Positions 50,350-60,333 of a stretch of 64,000 nucleotides of DNA are shown here, piece by piece (position 1 is the stretch's first letter; each line of letters starts with the position of its first letter). A model generated the notes under the pieces. The model did no database searches and had not been told where the DNA came from. It saw nothing but the letters and a program-made list of their open reading frames with translations. The DNA is from an uncultured Candidatus Saccharibacteria bacterium (GTDB lineage Bacteria; Patescibacteriota; Minisyncoccia; 2-02-FULL-40-12; GWA2-44-9): the NCBI GenBank assembly GCA_964513645.1, contig CAZENF010000001.1:71303-135302 (forward strand), read 5' to 3'. The position numbers and the translations under genes were made by a program.

Positions 50350-50886
50350 TCACTTTTCGGAGTTGGAGTCGAAGTGATGAACACCGTCTTTAAGTTCACC
50401 AAAGATGCCCTCTCCTTTGTAGCGCATTTCGCGGGTAAGATATTTTTCAACCAGCCAAAGGCCGGCCAAAATAACATAAACAATGACGGTCGTTGCGATC
50501 GCTTCCTGATATAATCCCAAACCTGCCGCAATCCCGATTGCCGCCACAACCCAAAGACTCGCCGCCGTAGTTGTGCCTTCGATCTTGTTATCCCGACGGA
50601 TTATCGTTCCGGCACCGATAAAACCGATACCGACCACGATATTTGCGATCAGGTGGTAGTCAAATCCGGAAGTACCGTTAACCGAAGGAAGAATATCGAA
50701 CAGTCTCAATGAAATGACAGAAAGCAGTGCCGCCCCAACCGCAACCAGACTGTGAGTTCTCAAACCGGCGACCTTACCGGACCTTTCTCTTTCAAAACCG
50801 ACCATTCCGCCCAAAATAGCCGCAGCTATAAGACGGTAAGTGGTCTCCCAATCAACCGCGGAGAATAAATTACCAAGTAGTGCCAT
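50350..50886 (-). CDS. MgtC/SapB family protein
   Basis: GFERE...K.AGLRTH.LV, IV.GIGFIGAG.I, G.TTAA.LW. Confidence 0.93.
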   Translation of the reverse strand: MALLGNLFSAVDWETTYRLIAAAILGGMVGFERERSGKVAGLRTHSLVAVGAALLSVISLRLFDILPSVNGTSGFDYHLIANIVVGIGFIGAGTIIRRDNKIEGTTTAASLWVVAAIGIAAGLGLYQEAIATTVIVYVILAGLWLVEKYLTREMRYKGEGIFGELKDGVHHFDSNSEK

Positions 50887-51006
50887 TAAATTAATCTTAG
50901 AACAGAAAAAACCTTAAAACAAATGATTTATGCACATTGGCCGTGATTTGATTTGAATAAAAAAAACTATATAATTAACTGGCTCATTGATAATTCAGGA
51001 GGCAAA

Positions 51007-51333
51007 GTGAATATCGTGAAAGTGAGGCGTTATCTTTGTATCATCTGTAAAAATACTCCCGTATTTGAAAGGATAACCGAGCATACATGCGAAGGTGAAA
51101 TACCAGACCAGAGTAATTGCGACCTTAGCACTTATAGCGATCATCGGATAGTCGGCGGAAAGCTCCTGTCTAATCGCCCGATCGTACCTTGGGAAATTGT
51201 TTTGCCCAATTTTGGCCACTCTGAAGCAGCAACCTCGCCCGGAGGAATTTGCCATTTCTGCCTTGCCACGGATGAGATCGTCGCTAAACTGGTCAAAGAC
51301 GGACATATCCGCTTTGTGACATTAGAGAACTAA
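51007..51333 (+). CDS. Orphan Cys-rich (CxxC...CxxC) hypothetical protein
   Basis: AGGAGG SD before GTG 51007; terminator AAGCCC/GGGCTTTTTT. Confidence 0.65.
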   Translation: MNIVKVRRYLCIICKNTPVFERITEHTCEGEIPDQSNCDLSTYSDHRIVGGKLLSNRPIVPWEIVLPNFGHSEAATSPGGICHFCLATDEIVAKLVKDGHIRFVTLEN

Positions 51334-51379
51334 GCCCTTACGGGCTTTTTTGTTATGAGTTTGCAGAAAATATCACGCC

Positions 51380-53713
51380 CTATTTTAAAGCCACCTTGAG
51401 AACTTCTTCCATCGTCTTGGCAAAATAAAACTTAACATCTTTTTGGATCTCTTTGGGGATGTCGTCCATGTCTTTTTTGTTATCAAGCGGTAAAATAGCA
51501 ATTGTCAGGCCGGAACGGTGGGCGGCAAGAATTTTTTCCTTAACTCCCCCTATTTCAAGAACCTTACCACGGAGTGTTACCTCCCCGGTCATGCACACTT
51601 CTTTTTTGACGGGCTTTTTAAGAAAGAGAGAGACTAAGGCCGTGGTCATGGCGATTCCGGCCGAAGGACCATCCTTAGGAATGGCTCCGGAGGGAACGTG
51701 GACATGGATATCGTCCTTTGTGAAATCTTCTTTTACGCCGTAACCAGAAGCATATGCTCTGGCGAAACTCAAAGCTGCCTGGGCCGATTCTTTCATTACT
51801 TTGCCCAGTTGGCCGGTCAATATCAGTTTGCCCTTACCCGGCATTTTTGCAGCTTCAATTGAAAAAACTTCACCTCCAACCGGAGTCCAACCCAAACCGG
51901 TAACAACTCCAACCTCATCTTTTTTCTCGGCCAGTTGGTGAGAAAATTTCGACGGACCGAGATATTTGTGAATTATTTCTTTGGTTATCGAAACCTGTTT
52001 ATGCGATCTTGATTCTACGATTTTTCTCGTAACTTTTCTGATTATCGACGCCAGTTGGCGCTCAAGGTCTCTGACCCCGGCTTCACGGGTGTGTTTCTGG
52101 ATAATGTCTGACAGAGCGGAGTCCACAAAAATAAGATCTTTTTTGCCAAGACCATGGTCCTTGAAAAGTTTGGGTATTAGGAAATTTTTAGCAATATTGA
52201 ATTTTTCTACCTCGGTATAACCCGGGAAATAGATTATTTCTAAACGGTCACGCAAGGCGGGCGGAATGGTTTCAAGGGTGTTTGCGGTCGTAATAAACAT
52301 TACTTCCGAAAGGTCAAAAGGTACCTCAAGGTAGTGGTCGGAAAAAGAATTGTTCTGCTGGGGATCGAGCGCTTCCAGCAAAGCCGCCGAAGGGTCCCCA
52401 CGGAAATCCATGCCAAGTTTATCTATTTCATCCAGCATAAAGACAGGATTTTTGACACCTGCAGTATGAATACCTTGGATTATCCGGCCGGGTAAAGCTC
52501 CGACATATGTCCGACGGTGGCCCCGTATCTCGGCTTCATCGCGCAGACCGCCGAGTGATACCCGGACAAATTTGCGCGCCAGAGATTTTGCAATCGACTG
52601 GCCGATGGAAGTTTTTCCGGTTCCGGGCGGACCGACAAAACATAGTATCGGGCCCTTTAACTTGCCGACCTGTTTCTGAACGGCCAAATATTCGAGAATC
52701 CGTTCTTTAACCTTAGGCAAACCGTAGTGGTCCTGGTTCAGAATTTTTTCGGCTTCTTTCAGGTCTATCTTTTCTTTTGTTTTCTTTGACCATGGAATAT
52801 CAACCAGCCAATCGAGGTAAGTCCTTAGGTAGGAGGCCTCAGGATTGAAAGGCGGCATTTTGCCGAGGCGATTAAGTTCTTTGTATGCTTTTTCTTTGAC
52901 ATCTTTGGGCATGCCGGCGGCTTCGATCTTGGTCCGCAAAGCATTCATGTCATCTTTCTCGTCATCTACCCCCAACTCTTTCTCGATGCTTTTTAGTTGT
53001 TCTCGGAGGAAAAGTTCCTTCTGCATCTTGCCTATTTGTTTCTTGGTTTCTTTGGCGACGGTTTTCTCCGCTTCAAGTATCTCTATTTCCCGGGTCAAAA
53101 ATAAACTTAATTTTTTCAAAGCTTCGTAAGGGTCCTCGGTCTCGAGAATGCTTTGCTGGTCCTGAAGTTCGAGACTCAAGTTAACCGTGATCAAGCTTAT
53201 AACCTGTTCGACATCCCTCAACTGGGACATCATATAGATCACCTCTGGCGAAACGGCGGGAAAAGATTTCATTTCTGATATGTTCCGGAACTGGTCGATA
53301 ACCAGACGGGTAAGAGCTTTGCTCTCCAAATTCTCGAAATGGACTTCCGGCGGAACTGATGGCCGGACCCGGACATTAAAATAAGGATCTTCGCTTGTAA
53401 ATTCCGAGATTTTGCCGCGAACCAAACCTTCAACATCTATTTTTGATGAGCCGTCGGGAAGTTTAAAAACAGATACGACACGGCCGATAGTTCCCGCTTT
53501 AAATAGGTCTTCCACCCTGACATTATCTTCGATATTTTTTTGAGTAACAAAAAAAACGAGCCGGTCACGGTTCATTGCGCTGTCGAGAGCCCCGATGGAT
53601 TTGGGCCGCTGGACAATCAGAGGAATTACCACCTTTGGGAATAAGACCGTATTTTTTAAAGCGATAAGAGGTAACTCTTCCGGTATTAGAATATTATTGA
53701 GTTTGAAAGACAT
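51380..53713 (-). CDS. lon: Lon protease
   Basis: GPPG.GKTS, GHRRTY.GA.PG, PKDGPSAG, IGG.KEK. Confidence 0.98.
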   Translation of the reverse strand: MSFKLNNILIPEELPLIALKNTVLFPKVVIPLIVQRPKSIGALDSAMNRDRLVFFVTQKNIEDNVRVEDLFKAGTIGRVVSVFKLPDGSSKIDVEGLVRGKISEFTSEDPYFNVRVRPSVPPEVHFENLESKALTRLVIDQFRNISEMKSFPAVSPEVIYMMSQLRDVEQVISLITVNLSLELQDQQSILETEDPYEALKKLSLFLTREIEILEAEKTVAKETKKQIGKMQKELFLREQLKSIEKELGVDDEKDDMNALRTKIEAAGMPKDVKEKAYKELNRLGKMPPFNPEASYLRTYLDWLVDIPWSKKTKEKIDLKEAEKILNQDHYGLPKVKERILEYLAVQKQVGKLKGPILCFVGPPGTGKTSIGQSIAKSLARKFVRVSLGGLRDEAEIRGHRRTYVGALPGRIIQGIHTAGVKNPVFMLDEIDKLGMDFRGDPSAALLEALDPQQNNSFSDHYLEVPFDLSEVMFITTANTLETIPPALRDRLEIIYFPGYTEVEKFNIAKNFLIPKLFKDHGLGKKDLIFVDSALSDIIQKHTREAGVRDLERQLASIIRKVTRKIVESRSHKQVSITKEIIHKYLGPSKFSHQLAEKKDEVGVVTGLGWTPVGGEVFSIEAAKMPGKGKLILTGQLGKVMKESAQAALSFARAYASGYGVKEDFTKDDIHVHVPSGAIPKDGPSAGIAMTTALVSLFLKKPVKKEVCMTGEVTLRGKVLEIGGVKEKILAAHRSGLTIAILPLDNKKDMDDIPKEIQKDVKFYFAKTMEEVLKVALK

Positions 53714-53718
53714 TATGT

Positions 53719-54303
53719 TTAATCGCCGACGTGATCCTCAACCTTAACATCTTTCCTATCTTTGTCAATAATAGCGGTCAGCTGTTTTACCAGATCTTTA
53801 GGGTCATCTGAAAAAATAAGGTTACCTTTGCCGTGATGATGGGGATCTTTTATCTTAGCCAACAAGCTATATATCTGGTCAGCCGTACCGCAGGTTCCGG
53901 TTAAAACTCCGATCGGCTTATCATCTTCAAGGGCAATAGTAAACTCATTCAATGTACCAAATCCGCCGCACACAACCACAACCGCATCCGCCGCCTTAGT
54001 CAGGATGAGGTTACGGCCGGAATAATCAAAGCCAGAATAAATTATAAAATCGAAATAATCCGTCGGCAGACGATAACTCTTAACATGGGCAGCATAGGTT
54101 GCTGCCGGCGAGATACCTATCGACATTCCGCCTTCTTCTTTAGCGCCTTTGGCTGACAAATGTGGGATGCCGGTTGTTGCGCCGGTGATCAAAATCCCAT
54201 CTTGTCGGACAATCTCACGTCCAAGCTCTTCGGCCTTTTTTTCAGCATCGGCACAGCAATAAGTCGTATTCGCCGCACCAGAAACAACAAATTTGTATTT
54301 CAT
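53719..54303 (-). CDS. LOG/SMF-like (TIGR00725-type) protein
   Basis: ITGA..G, GAK..GG, RN, GG.GTL.E. Confidence 0.85.
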   Translation of the reverse strand: MKYKFVVSGAANTTYCCADAEKKAEELGREIVRQDGILITGATTGIPHLSAKGAKEEGGMSIGISPAATYAAHVKSYRLPTDYFDFIIYSGFDYSGRNLILTKAADAVVVVCGGFGTLNEFTIALEDDKPIGVLTGTCGTADQIYSLLAKIKDPHHHGKGNLIFSDDPKDLVKQLTAIIDKDRKDVKVEDHVGD

Positions 54304-54365
54304 AGTAATTCTATTTTACAAAAAAAAATTTAAGCAAGCAAGGAGTAAATAAAAAGCGGGCGATA

Positions 54366-54827
54366 TTATCGCGCCGCAAGTATGGATCTAATCTGCTTAA
54401 GTTCACCCGTTTTTCGAAAATCAAGCGGATCCAACGCTGCCATCATACCGGGATCATGTTTGGCTAGGACCGGATTTTGGTGATATCTCAAAGCCCATAT
54501 GCCTTTCTGATTTTCTTTGAACTTAGGCGCTTTATACCAGTCATGATCGACGCTGGCCGGAAAATATACGTTCAAAATGGCTTTTTCATACACATTAACC
54601 GACAAGCCGCTAAGAACTTTATCAACTTCCACCCTGGCAACATACCAGTCCGGATTGTGTTCGGATACAGCGGAATGAAAGATGTTTGGTTTGAAAACTT
54701 CAATAACTTTGCCGACTACAACTGCATCAGCTTCAAGAAGACGTTTTTCGGATCTCGAATGTTCGGTTTGAGCAAAAATATTTAAAGATAGGACACTCAT
54801 CAAGCTAAGTGTAACCGCCAATCTCAT
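54366..54827 (-). CDS. Secreted orphan hypothetical protein
   Basis: TTGACT-17-TAGGAT promoter, AAGGA SD, signal peptide. Confidence 0.7.
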   Translation of the reverse strand: MRLAVTLSLMSVLSLNIFAQTEHSRSEKRLLEADAVVVGKVIEVFKPNIFHSAVSEHNPDWYVARVEVDKVLSGLSVNVYEKAILNVYFPASVDHDWYKAPKFKENQKGIWALRYHQNPVLAKHDPGMMAALDPLDFRKTGELKQIRSILAAR

Positions 54828-54902
54828 TAGCTGTCCTTTCAAGGTTCAAAGTACCCGAATCCTAAACTAATATTGTAATCCAGTCAAACAGTCTGGCAGC
54901 CG

Positions 54903-56270
54903 CTATAACTCAAACCCTTCCCCCATTTCCGGCACTATTGCTTCAACCCCTATCTTGCTTTGTATCTTTTGGCGCAGTACAGAACTTGAGTGATATTCGC
55001 CGTGAGTAATGAAAACTTTTTTAAGCGTACCGTCTTGTTTTGCCTTATCTATCCAACCGAGCATCATTGCCTGATCGGCGTGAGCTGAATAACCCTCAAT
55101 CACCCTGACCTGGCAATTCACCGGCACTGAATGACCGAGTATCTTAACTTCTTTCTTACCATCGAGTATCTGTCTGCCGGGCGAACCTTCCACTTGATAA
55201 CCGACAAATAAAATCGTCGATTTCGGGTCGGGGAGATATTCCCTTTCATGGAACAAAATCCTTCCCCCTAATGACATGCCGGAACCGGCGATTATAACCT
55301 TGGGACCCTTAACACCGTTTATCATCTTGGATTCCTGGGATGAAAAAGTAAGCTGAAGGCCTGGAAAATTAAATATATCATCCCCGGACCGAATATCATG
55401 AAGGATCTGATTATTAAAATACTGTTCGTAATTTTTATAGACCTTGGTAAGTTTTATCGCTAACGGCGAATCCAGAAATATCGGAATCCTTGGAAAATGT
55501 TCATGTTCTATGAACTCGTTCAACTGATAAAGAAGTTCCTGGGTCCGCTCTATGGCGAAGCTCGGAATCACAACCGTCCCTCCCCGTCGCACGGTTTCGC
55601 TGACAATTTCCTTTAATTTTTCTTTCTTATCGGTATTGTCGTCATGAAGTCGGTCACCGTAAGTTGATTCGGCAACAAGGTAATTGGCCTGATTCGGCAT
55701 ATCAAAGTGTTTTAAAAGTGGGGTCGGATAATTGCCGAGGTCTCCCGAAAAATATATTGTCTTGGTTTGTCCTTCATCCGACCAATTAATTTCTATCACC
55801 GCCGAGCCCAAGATATGCCCGGCTTCATGGAAGGTTGCCCTTACCCCATTGCCAAGCTCTATTTCCTGTCCATACTCAATTCCTCGGCCAAGTAAAAAAA
55901 CCTGATGAAGGTCGCCGGAAGTAAATAAAGGTTCGTGGCCGTCTCTATGTGCTTCCTCTTTTATAAGGTCAAGATTGTCTTCCAAAGCAATAACAGAAAG
56001 GTCGATGGTCGGTTTAGTGGCTAACAATTTACCCCGGAAACCATGTTTATATAATTTGGGTAACCGGCCGGAATGATCGGCATGGCTATGAGTCAAAAGA
56101 ACATAATCTATCTCTTTGGGGTCATAGGCGAAATCGCTGTAATTAAGGGTTTCGGCAAATTTCGAACCCTGAAACAGGCCACAATCAACCAAGATCTTTA
56201 ATCCGTTCTTTTCGAGAATAAAATTTGAACCGGTCACCTGTTGGACACCGCCATGGAAAGATATTTTCAT
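54903..56270 (-). CDS. MBL/beta-CASP ribonuclease
   Basis: THSHADH.G, AGHILG, SGD.G, ESTYG, SGM..GGR, SAHAD, HGE. Confidence 0.93.
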   Translation of the reverse strand: MKISFHGGVQQVTGSNFILEKNGLKILVDCGLFQGSKFAETLNYSDFAYDPKEIDYVLLTHSHADHSGRLPKLYKHGFRGKLLATKPTIDLSVIALEDNLDLIKEEAHRDGHEPLFTSGDLHQVFLLGRGIEYGQEIELGNGVRATFHEAGHILGSAVIEINWSDEGQTKTIYFSGDLGNYPTPLLKHFDMPNQANYLVAESTYGDRLHDDNTDKKEKLKEIVSETVRRGGTVVIPSFAIERTQELLYQLNEFIEHEHFPRIPIFLDSPLAIKLTKVYKNYEQYFNNQILHDIRSGDDIFNFPGLQLTFSSQESKMINGVKGPKVIIAGSGMSLGGRILFHEREYLPDPKSTILFVGYQVEGSPGRQILDGKKEVKILGHSVPVNCQVRVIEGYSAHADQAMMLGWIDKAKQDGTLKKVFITHGEYHSSSVLRQKIQSKIGVEAIVPEMGEGFEL

Positions 56271-56275
56271 ATTAT

Positions 56276-57106
56276 TTAAACTAATTGGCTGAGCAAATAT
56301 CCAATTATCGTCAGGGTTGCGATCGGAGGAAGCGCCGCCATCGGCTTTCTTTCCTTCTGGTTAATGAATATCAGGTGAGTAACAAAAAGACCCAGTAAAA
56401 CAAAGACCGATACGAACATGGCTCGGCTGATGGAGGTCATAGCGACGGAACTTACCATTATCAATGGCAGACCGATATCGCCCGAGCCGAGGATCATAAA
56501 TTTTTCGCCGACCATCTGTTGAGCTTCGCCGCTATGATAGAAAAAATCCTTGAACTCAAAAGGAATTATAAATCCGAATATCGCTCCGCTTTCAACCATA
56601 CCTTTGGCCAGATAGACCATATGTTTGGTCCAGTAAACAGAGATAATATCGTAAAAAGAAAGTATCACCAGCAGAAAAATAACCATTTGGGGTGAGAGGG
56701 TCACCCCGACCACACTGCCGATACCTGCGATACCTAAAGCCACGGCCAGGTCGTGTATCATCACATTTTTACCGTAAATAAAAATAAATACCGTGGCCAA
56801 AGCAAATACAAGGTCAAACGGAGACGGGAAAACAGAGGCAAAAATGGCCTGTGAACCGGAAAAGACCACGAGCAGCAAAAAAAACCTCAAAGACACCGCG
56901 CCCAATCTTTTAAATTTTAAAAGGATAAGAGATAATAGGGCGAACATCGCCAAAAAAACTATTATACTGCTCCAGGAGAAAATTTGCTTAGGTTCGGTAA
57001 CGCTCTGCGGCATGAAGCGGTAATGGTATGCCGAAAAAATACCCATTAACAGGGTCAGGCCAAAAAGAACAGATTCTTTCCAAAATAATTTAAAACGGAT
57101 TAACAA
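56276..57106 (-). CDS. Presenilin/SPP-like intramembrane aspartyl protease
   Basis: YD..SV...KHM, LGSGD, AALP; multi-TM. Confidence 0.85.
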   Translation of the reverse strand: MLIRFKLFWKESVLFGLTLLMGIFSAYHYRFMPQSVTEPKQIFSWSSIIVFLAMFALLSLILLKFKRLGAVSLRFFLLLVVFSGSQAIFASVFPSPFDLVFALATVFIFIYGKNVMIHDLAVALGIAGIGSVVGVTLSPQMVIFLLVILSFYDIISVYWTKHMVYLAKGMVESGAIFGFIIPFEFKDFFYHSGEAQQMVGEKFMILGSGDIGLPLIMVSSVAMTSISRAMFVSVFVLLGLFVTHLIFINQKERKPMAALPPIATLTIIGYLLSQLV

Positions 57107-57111
57107 TTTAA

Positions 57112-57570
57112 TTATCTTACGATGATCGTGCCTGCCTCGTCGGAATTGGAACTGTTATGATAACCGAAGGTTCCTTTTTCGGAAAAAGTATATGAAAAAT
57201 AACTGCCCTGTGGAATGTTGCCAACGCTGTCGAACATCGGAACCTGGCTACCGGTCTGAGAATCAGAAACGATCCTGATACCGAAGAAACCGTCATTTTT
57301 GAACCTGACCGTATCGCCGTCATGGATCCTTAAGTTCGTAGGACTAAAAACGCCACCTTTATAGGAAATAGTATAGACTCTCGGCTCTCTAACATCTGTC
57401 GGTAACGGGGTCTGGATATTCGAGGTCAAATCCTGTGGTTTGCTCAAGACTTTCACCGAAAGCCCTCCGAGGGACATCAGGACTATTATCAGCAGCCAAA
57501 AGACCGCCGGATTATGATGACGATTAGGGTGATTGTTGTCAGTCCTTAGCTCCATATTATATAGAGCCAT
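57112..57570 (-). CDS. Cupredoxin-fold membrane-anchored protein
   Basis: FSP..L.I..GDTV.F.N, FDS...G..FSYTF...G.F.YH, G.I.V. Confidence 0.75.
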   Translation of the reverse strand: MALYNMELRTDNNHPNRHHNPAVFWLLIIVLMSLGGLSVKVLSKPQDLTSNIQTPLPTDVREPRVYTISYKGGVFSPTNLRIHDGDTVRFKNDGFFGIRIVSDSQTGSQVPMFDSVGNIPQGSYFSYTFSEKGTFGYHNSSNSDEAGTIIVR

Positions 57571-57611
57571 TTTATCAAAAATTTTATAAAAAGAAAAATC
57601 CTCTTAATAAG

Positions 57612-58271
57612 TTAAGAGGAATAGAAATCATTGGCATTTAAAATAGCCGCCATCTTTGACTTAATACCTTGAACGCTACCGCCTTCGCCAAAAAGTGTTT
57701 TAAAAGCCCAGAGCTGATAGCCGGTGGCTGTATTACCCTCAAAAAAATCCTGAAGATTACCATTATCGAACAGTTCTTCCTGATCAAGCAGTTTTGATCC
57801 GAAGACCATAAAAAGCATCATCATTTTAAGAAGGTTCTCTGCGGTTACCAGATCTTCTCCGCCGAAAGTCCTTGACCACAGACTCTCAAGCTGGGCAGTC
57901 CTGACCATTTTTCCAATTTTAGCAAACTTGCTTTTTTGAAAATCATTTTTCTGTTTTTCCTTGCCTCCTTCAAGATCGCAACCCTCTATCCACCATTGAT
58001 GGATATGTTCTTTGTCAGTCTCAAATATCGATGAATGGATCCGATCAAGAATGTTCCAGACTTCGTCTATTCTAAGGTTCCAGAACAAAATGTGATAGGT
58101 ACGGTGGGACCTTTTGATGTAAGGAAAAACGAGGCGGTTATTATTTTCTTTTTCTTCTTTGCTAAACGACTTGGGTAAACGGCTGGTAGGTATTGGGTGA
58201 TGGAGATCGGTACCTGGAAAACGACGACCATACTTTTTACGAAGAATTAACGAATCAAAGCGATCCGTCAA
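57612..58271 (-). CDS. Orphan protein with HNH-like His motifs
   Basis: DLHHPIPTSR...H..YH.LF; promoter and GAGG SD favour TTG start 58271. Confidence 0.6.
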   Translation of the reverse strand: MTDRFDSLILRKKYGRRFPGTDLHHPIPTSRLPKSFSKEEKENNNRLVFPYIKRSHRTYHILFWNLRIDEVWNILDRIHSSIFETDKEHIHQWWIEGCDLEGGKEKQKNDFQKSKFAKIGKMVRTAQLESLWSRTFGGEDLVTAENLLKMMMLFMVFGSKLLDQEELFDNGNLQDFFEGNTATGYQLWAFKTLFGEGGSVQGIKSKMAAILNANDFYSS

Positions 58272-58345
58272 ACTTGCCTCTTTTAACGAACGAGCTAACG
58301 GAGGGAAGATAACAAATTGACGAAAAATGGTCAATCAAAAATTTT

Positions 58346-59620
58346 TCAATTGGGCAAGAGTTCGCGGACGATTTTTTTGTCCGACCAACGGACTTTTTTG
58401 TTCCCAGCTATGGCCATTGTGGTTTCCGAACCCTTACCGGTAATTATTACGGTGTCGCCTTCAGCCGCTTTACCCAAGGCATTCCTGATTGCCGCTTTCC
58501 GGTTGAGAATCCTGACGACATTAACATTATTATTCGCAAAACCCAAGGCAACTTGGTCCAGAATTTCATCAGGATCCTCATCATAAGGGTCTTCATCAGT
58601 CAGAACAATATCGTCGCAGTATTGAGAAGCAATGCGGCCGAACTCCGGCCTTTTCCACTTATCACGCCCGCCACCGGCCGCCCCCAGAACACATATCAAT
58701 CTTTTGTCCGCCAGTTTTAAGGTCTGATAAACCGCCCTCAAAGAATCGGGAGTATGGGCATAATCAATGACAACATTGAATGGTTCACGTTGGATAAATT
58801 CCATCCGGCCGGGAATAAATTCCATCTGTTCAAGTATTGATTTAGCTGACGGCAGGTCAAATCCGTACATCGCACCGACCGCCAAAGCCGCCAAAAAATT
58901 CATAATATTGAACTGCCCGGCCAAATGAGTGTTAAAATTGGTCCCGTAAATCTCAAAAGACGCTCCTTGCCCAGATAGTTTAATTTTACCGGCAACAATG
59001 TCACCTTTGGTAAGCCCGTAATATATTTTATGATTGGCCGGAAAATCACCGAACAATTCAGCGTATTTATCTTCCGCATTCACCACATGGATATTTTTGG
59101 TCACCTGGAAAAGCTCCTGCTTGGCTCTGTAATAATTCTCAAAAGAACCGTGGCTCTCGATATGTTCCCGGTGAAGATTGGTAAAAACCGCACAGTCGAA
59201 ATCTATGCCTAAGTGCCTTTTTTGTTTGATACCTTCAGAGGTAACTTCCAGAACAAAATATTCGCAGCCCTCCTTGACCGCCTCGGCCATTAATTTTTGG
59301 AGACGGAACCGGCCCGGCATTGTCATTTTTAAATTGTTCGGCCATTCTTTATCTTTTATTTTAAAGCCAAGCGAACCGCAGGCCGCAACCGGCCGGCCAT
59401 GTCCCTCGAGAAGTTTTGTTATCAGATAAACTACCGTTGATTTGCCCTTAGTACCAGTAACTCCGATGACCTTTAATTTTCTGGACGGAAAACCATAAAA
59501 TACCGCGCCTGAATAAGCTAACGCAGTGTGATAATAAGGTTGAAAAAAATTAAAAACTGACTTCGGTATCAGCTTCTTGACTTTAAATAGGAGTTTGTCT
59601 AAAATGCTTTCCTGTATCAT
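58346..59620 (-). CDS. murE: MurE-type Mur ligase
   Basis: GVTGTKGKST, EVTS, FTNL..EH.E.H, PGRME, DYAHTPD, GGGRD..KR, EDPYDE, GKG.E. Confidence 0.9.
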   Translation of the reverse strand: MIQESILDKLLFKVKKLIPKSVFNFFQPYYHTALAYSGAVFYGFPSRKLKVIGVTGTKGKSTVVYLITKLLEGHGRPVAACGSLGFKIKDKEWPNNLKMTMPGRFRLQKLMAEAVKEGCEYFVLEVTSEGIKQKRHLGIDFDCAVFTNLHREHIESHGSFENYYRAKQELFQVTKNIHVVNAEDKYAELFGDFPANHKIYYGLTKGDIVAGKIKLSGQGASFEIYGTNFNTHLAGQFNIMNFLAALAVGAMYGFDLPSAKSILEQMEFIPGRMEFIQREPFNVVIDYAHTPDSLRAVYQTLKLADKRLICVLGAAGGGRDKWKRPEFGRIASQYCDDIVLTDEDPYDEDPDEILDQVALGFANNNVNVVRILNRKAAIRNALGKAAEGDTVIITGKGSETTMAIAGNKKVRWSDKKIVRELLPN

Positions 59621-59663
59621 GTTTTTCAGGAATATAGCATAAATTTAGACTTTTTCACAGATA

Positions 59664-59692
59664 TTGACAGATATATCTATTTATGATAAAAT
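59664..59692 (+). promoter_or_regulatory. Strong sigma70 promoter with extended -10
   Basis: TTGACA-17bp-(TGA)TAAAAT. Confidence 0.8.
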
Positions 59693-59698
59693 ACTAAG

Positions 59699-60333
59699 AC
59701 GGTAAAGTTCTTTATATGCAATAAGCGTTGTGGGTTCAGAAAGGGCCTACTAAGAAGCAATTAGCTCTTTACATACAGGCCCTTTCCGAGCCCCTAGCAC
59801 GCAAGTAAATTAAGGCGGCGGCGAAGCAGTAGATGCACGCGGCTGCCACCTCCGCTGGGGGCTCGCTCAGTGATGCGGCCAAGGGCCCTTCACCTCTATG
59901 TCGTATGGGATACGTGTTTATCCCCCAAGCTCGTCCGCCGCCCTAAATAGGCGGACAAAGGTAATTTCCCCCGGCAAATGTTCGGGGCCAAAAAGGAGCT
60001 TTTGCATGAGAGGTATAAGCCCCTTGATGGCAGGGAGCCATCGCGGATAGCTGGGATCCGAACACCCCAGACAAGGGAGGGCTCAAGCCCTCCCACCTTC
60101 ATCCATAGTCTCAAAAATTTTGAGGATATAGACGAGGGTTGAGAGATGTGTGCGCATAGACGTAAAGTCGGCGACCGAAAGTACGCCCGAGAACGCTTTG
60201 CCCCTTCTCTCCCCTCACCTTTCCTGATCCCGGCAAGTGACCGGGGTAGGATAATCAAATACATCGGTAAGGCACACAAGGAGCAACGATGCGCTCCTTC
60301 GGTGGAACGCCGGGTTGAACACCCGGCTTTTTA
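59699..60333 (+). ncRNA. Large (~630 nt) structured non-coding RNA, family unrecognised
   Basis: Own promoter and terminator, GC-rich, many helices, no credible ORF. Confidence 0.72.
60308..60333 (+). terminator. Intrinsic terminator
   Basis: GCCGGG-TTGAACA-CCCGGC followed by T-run. Confidence 0.8.

Noticed and set aside
50337-50549. Extended N-terminus of the permease overlapping mgtC
   Set aside because: Overlap is implausible; GTG at 50336 gives a normal-length permease
60298-60328. tRNA/tmRNA-like 3' end on the minus strand (CCGGG...CCCGG CGTTCCACC)
   Set aside because: Loop is not TTCRANT, no CCA, no matching 5' acceptor strand; reads better as a + strand terminator
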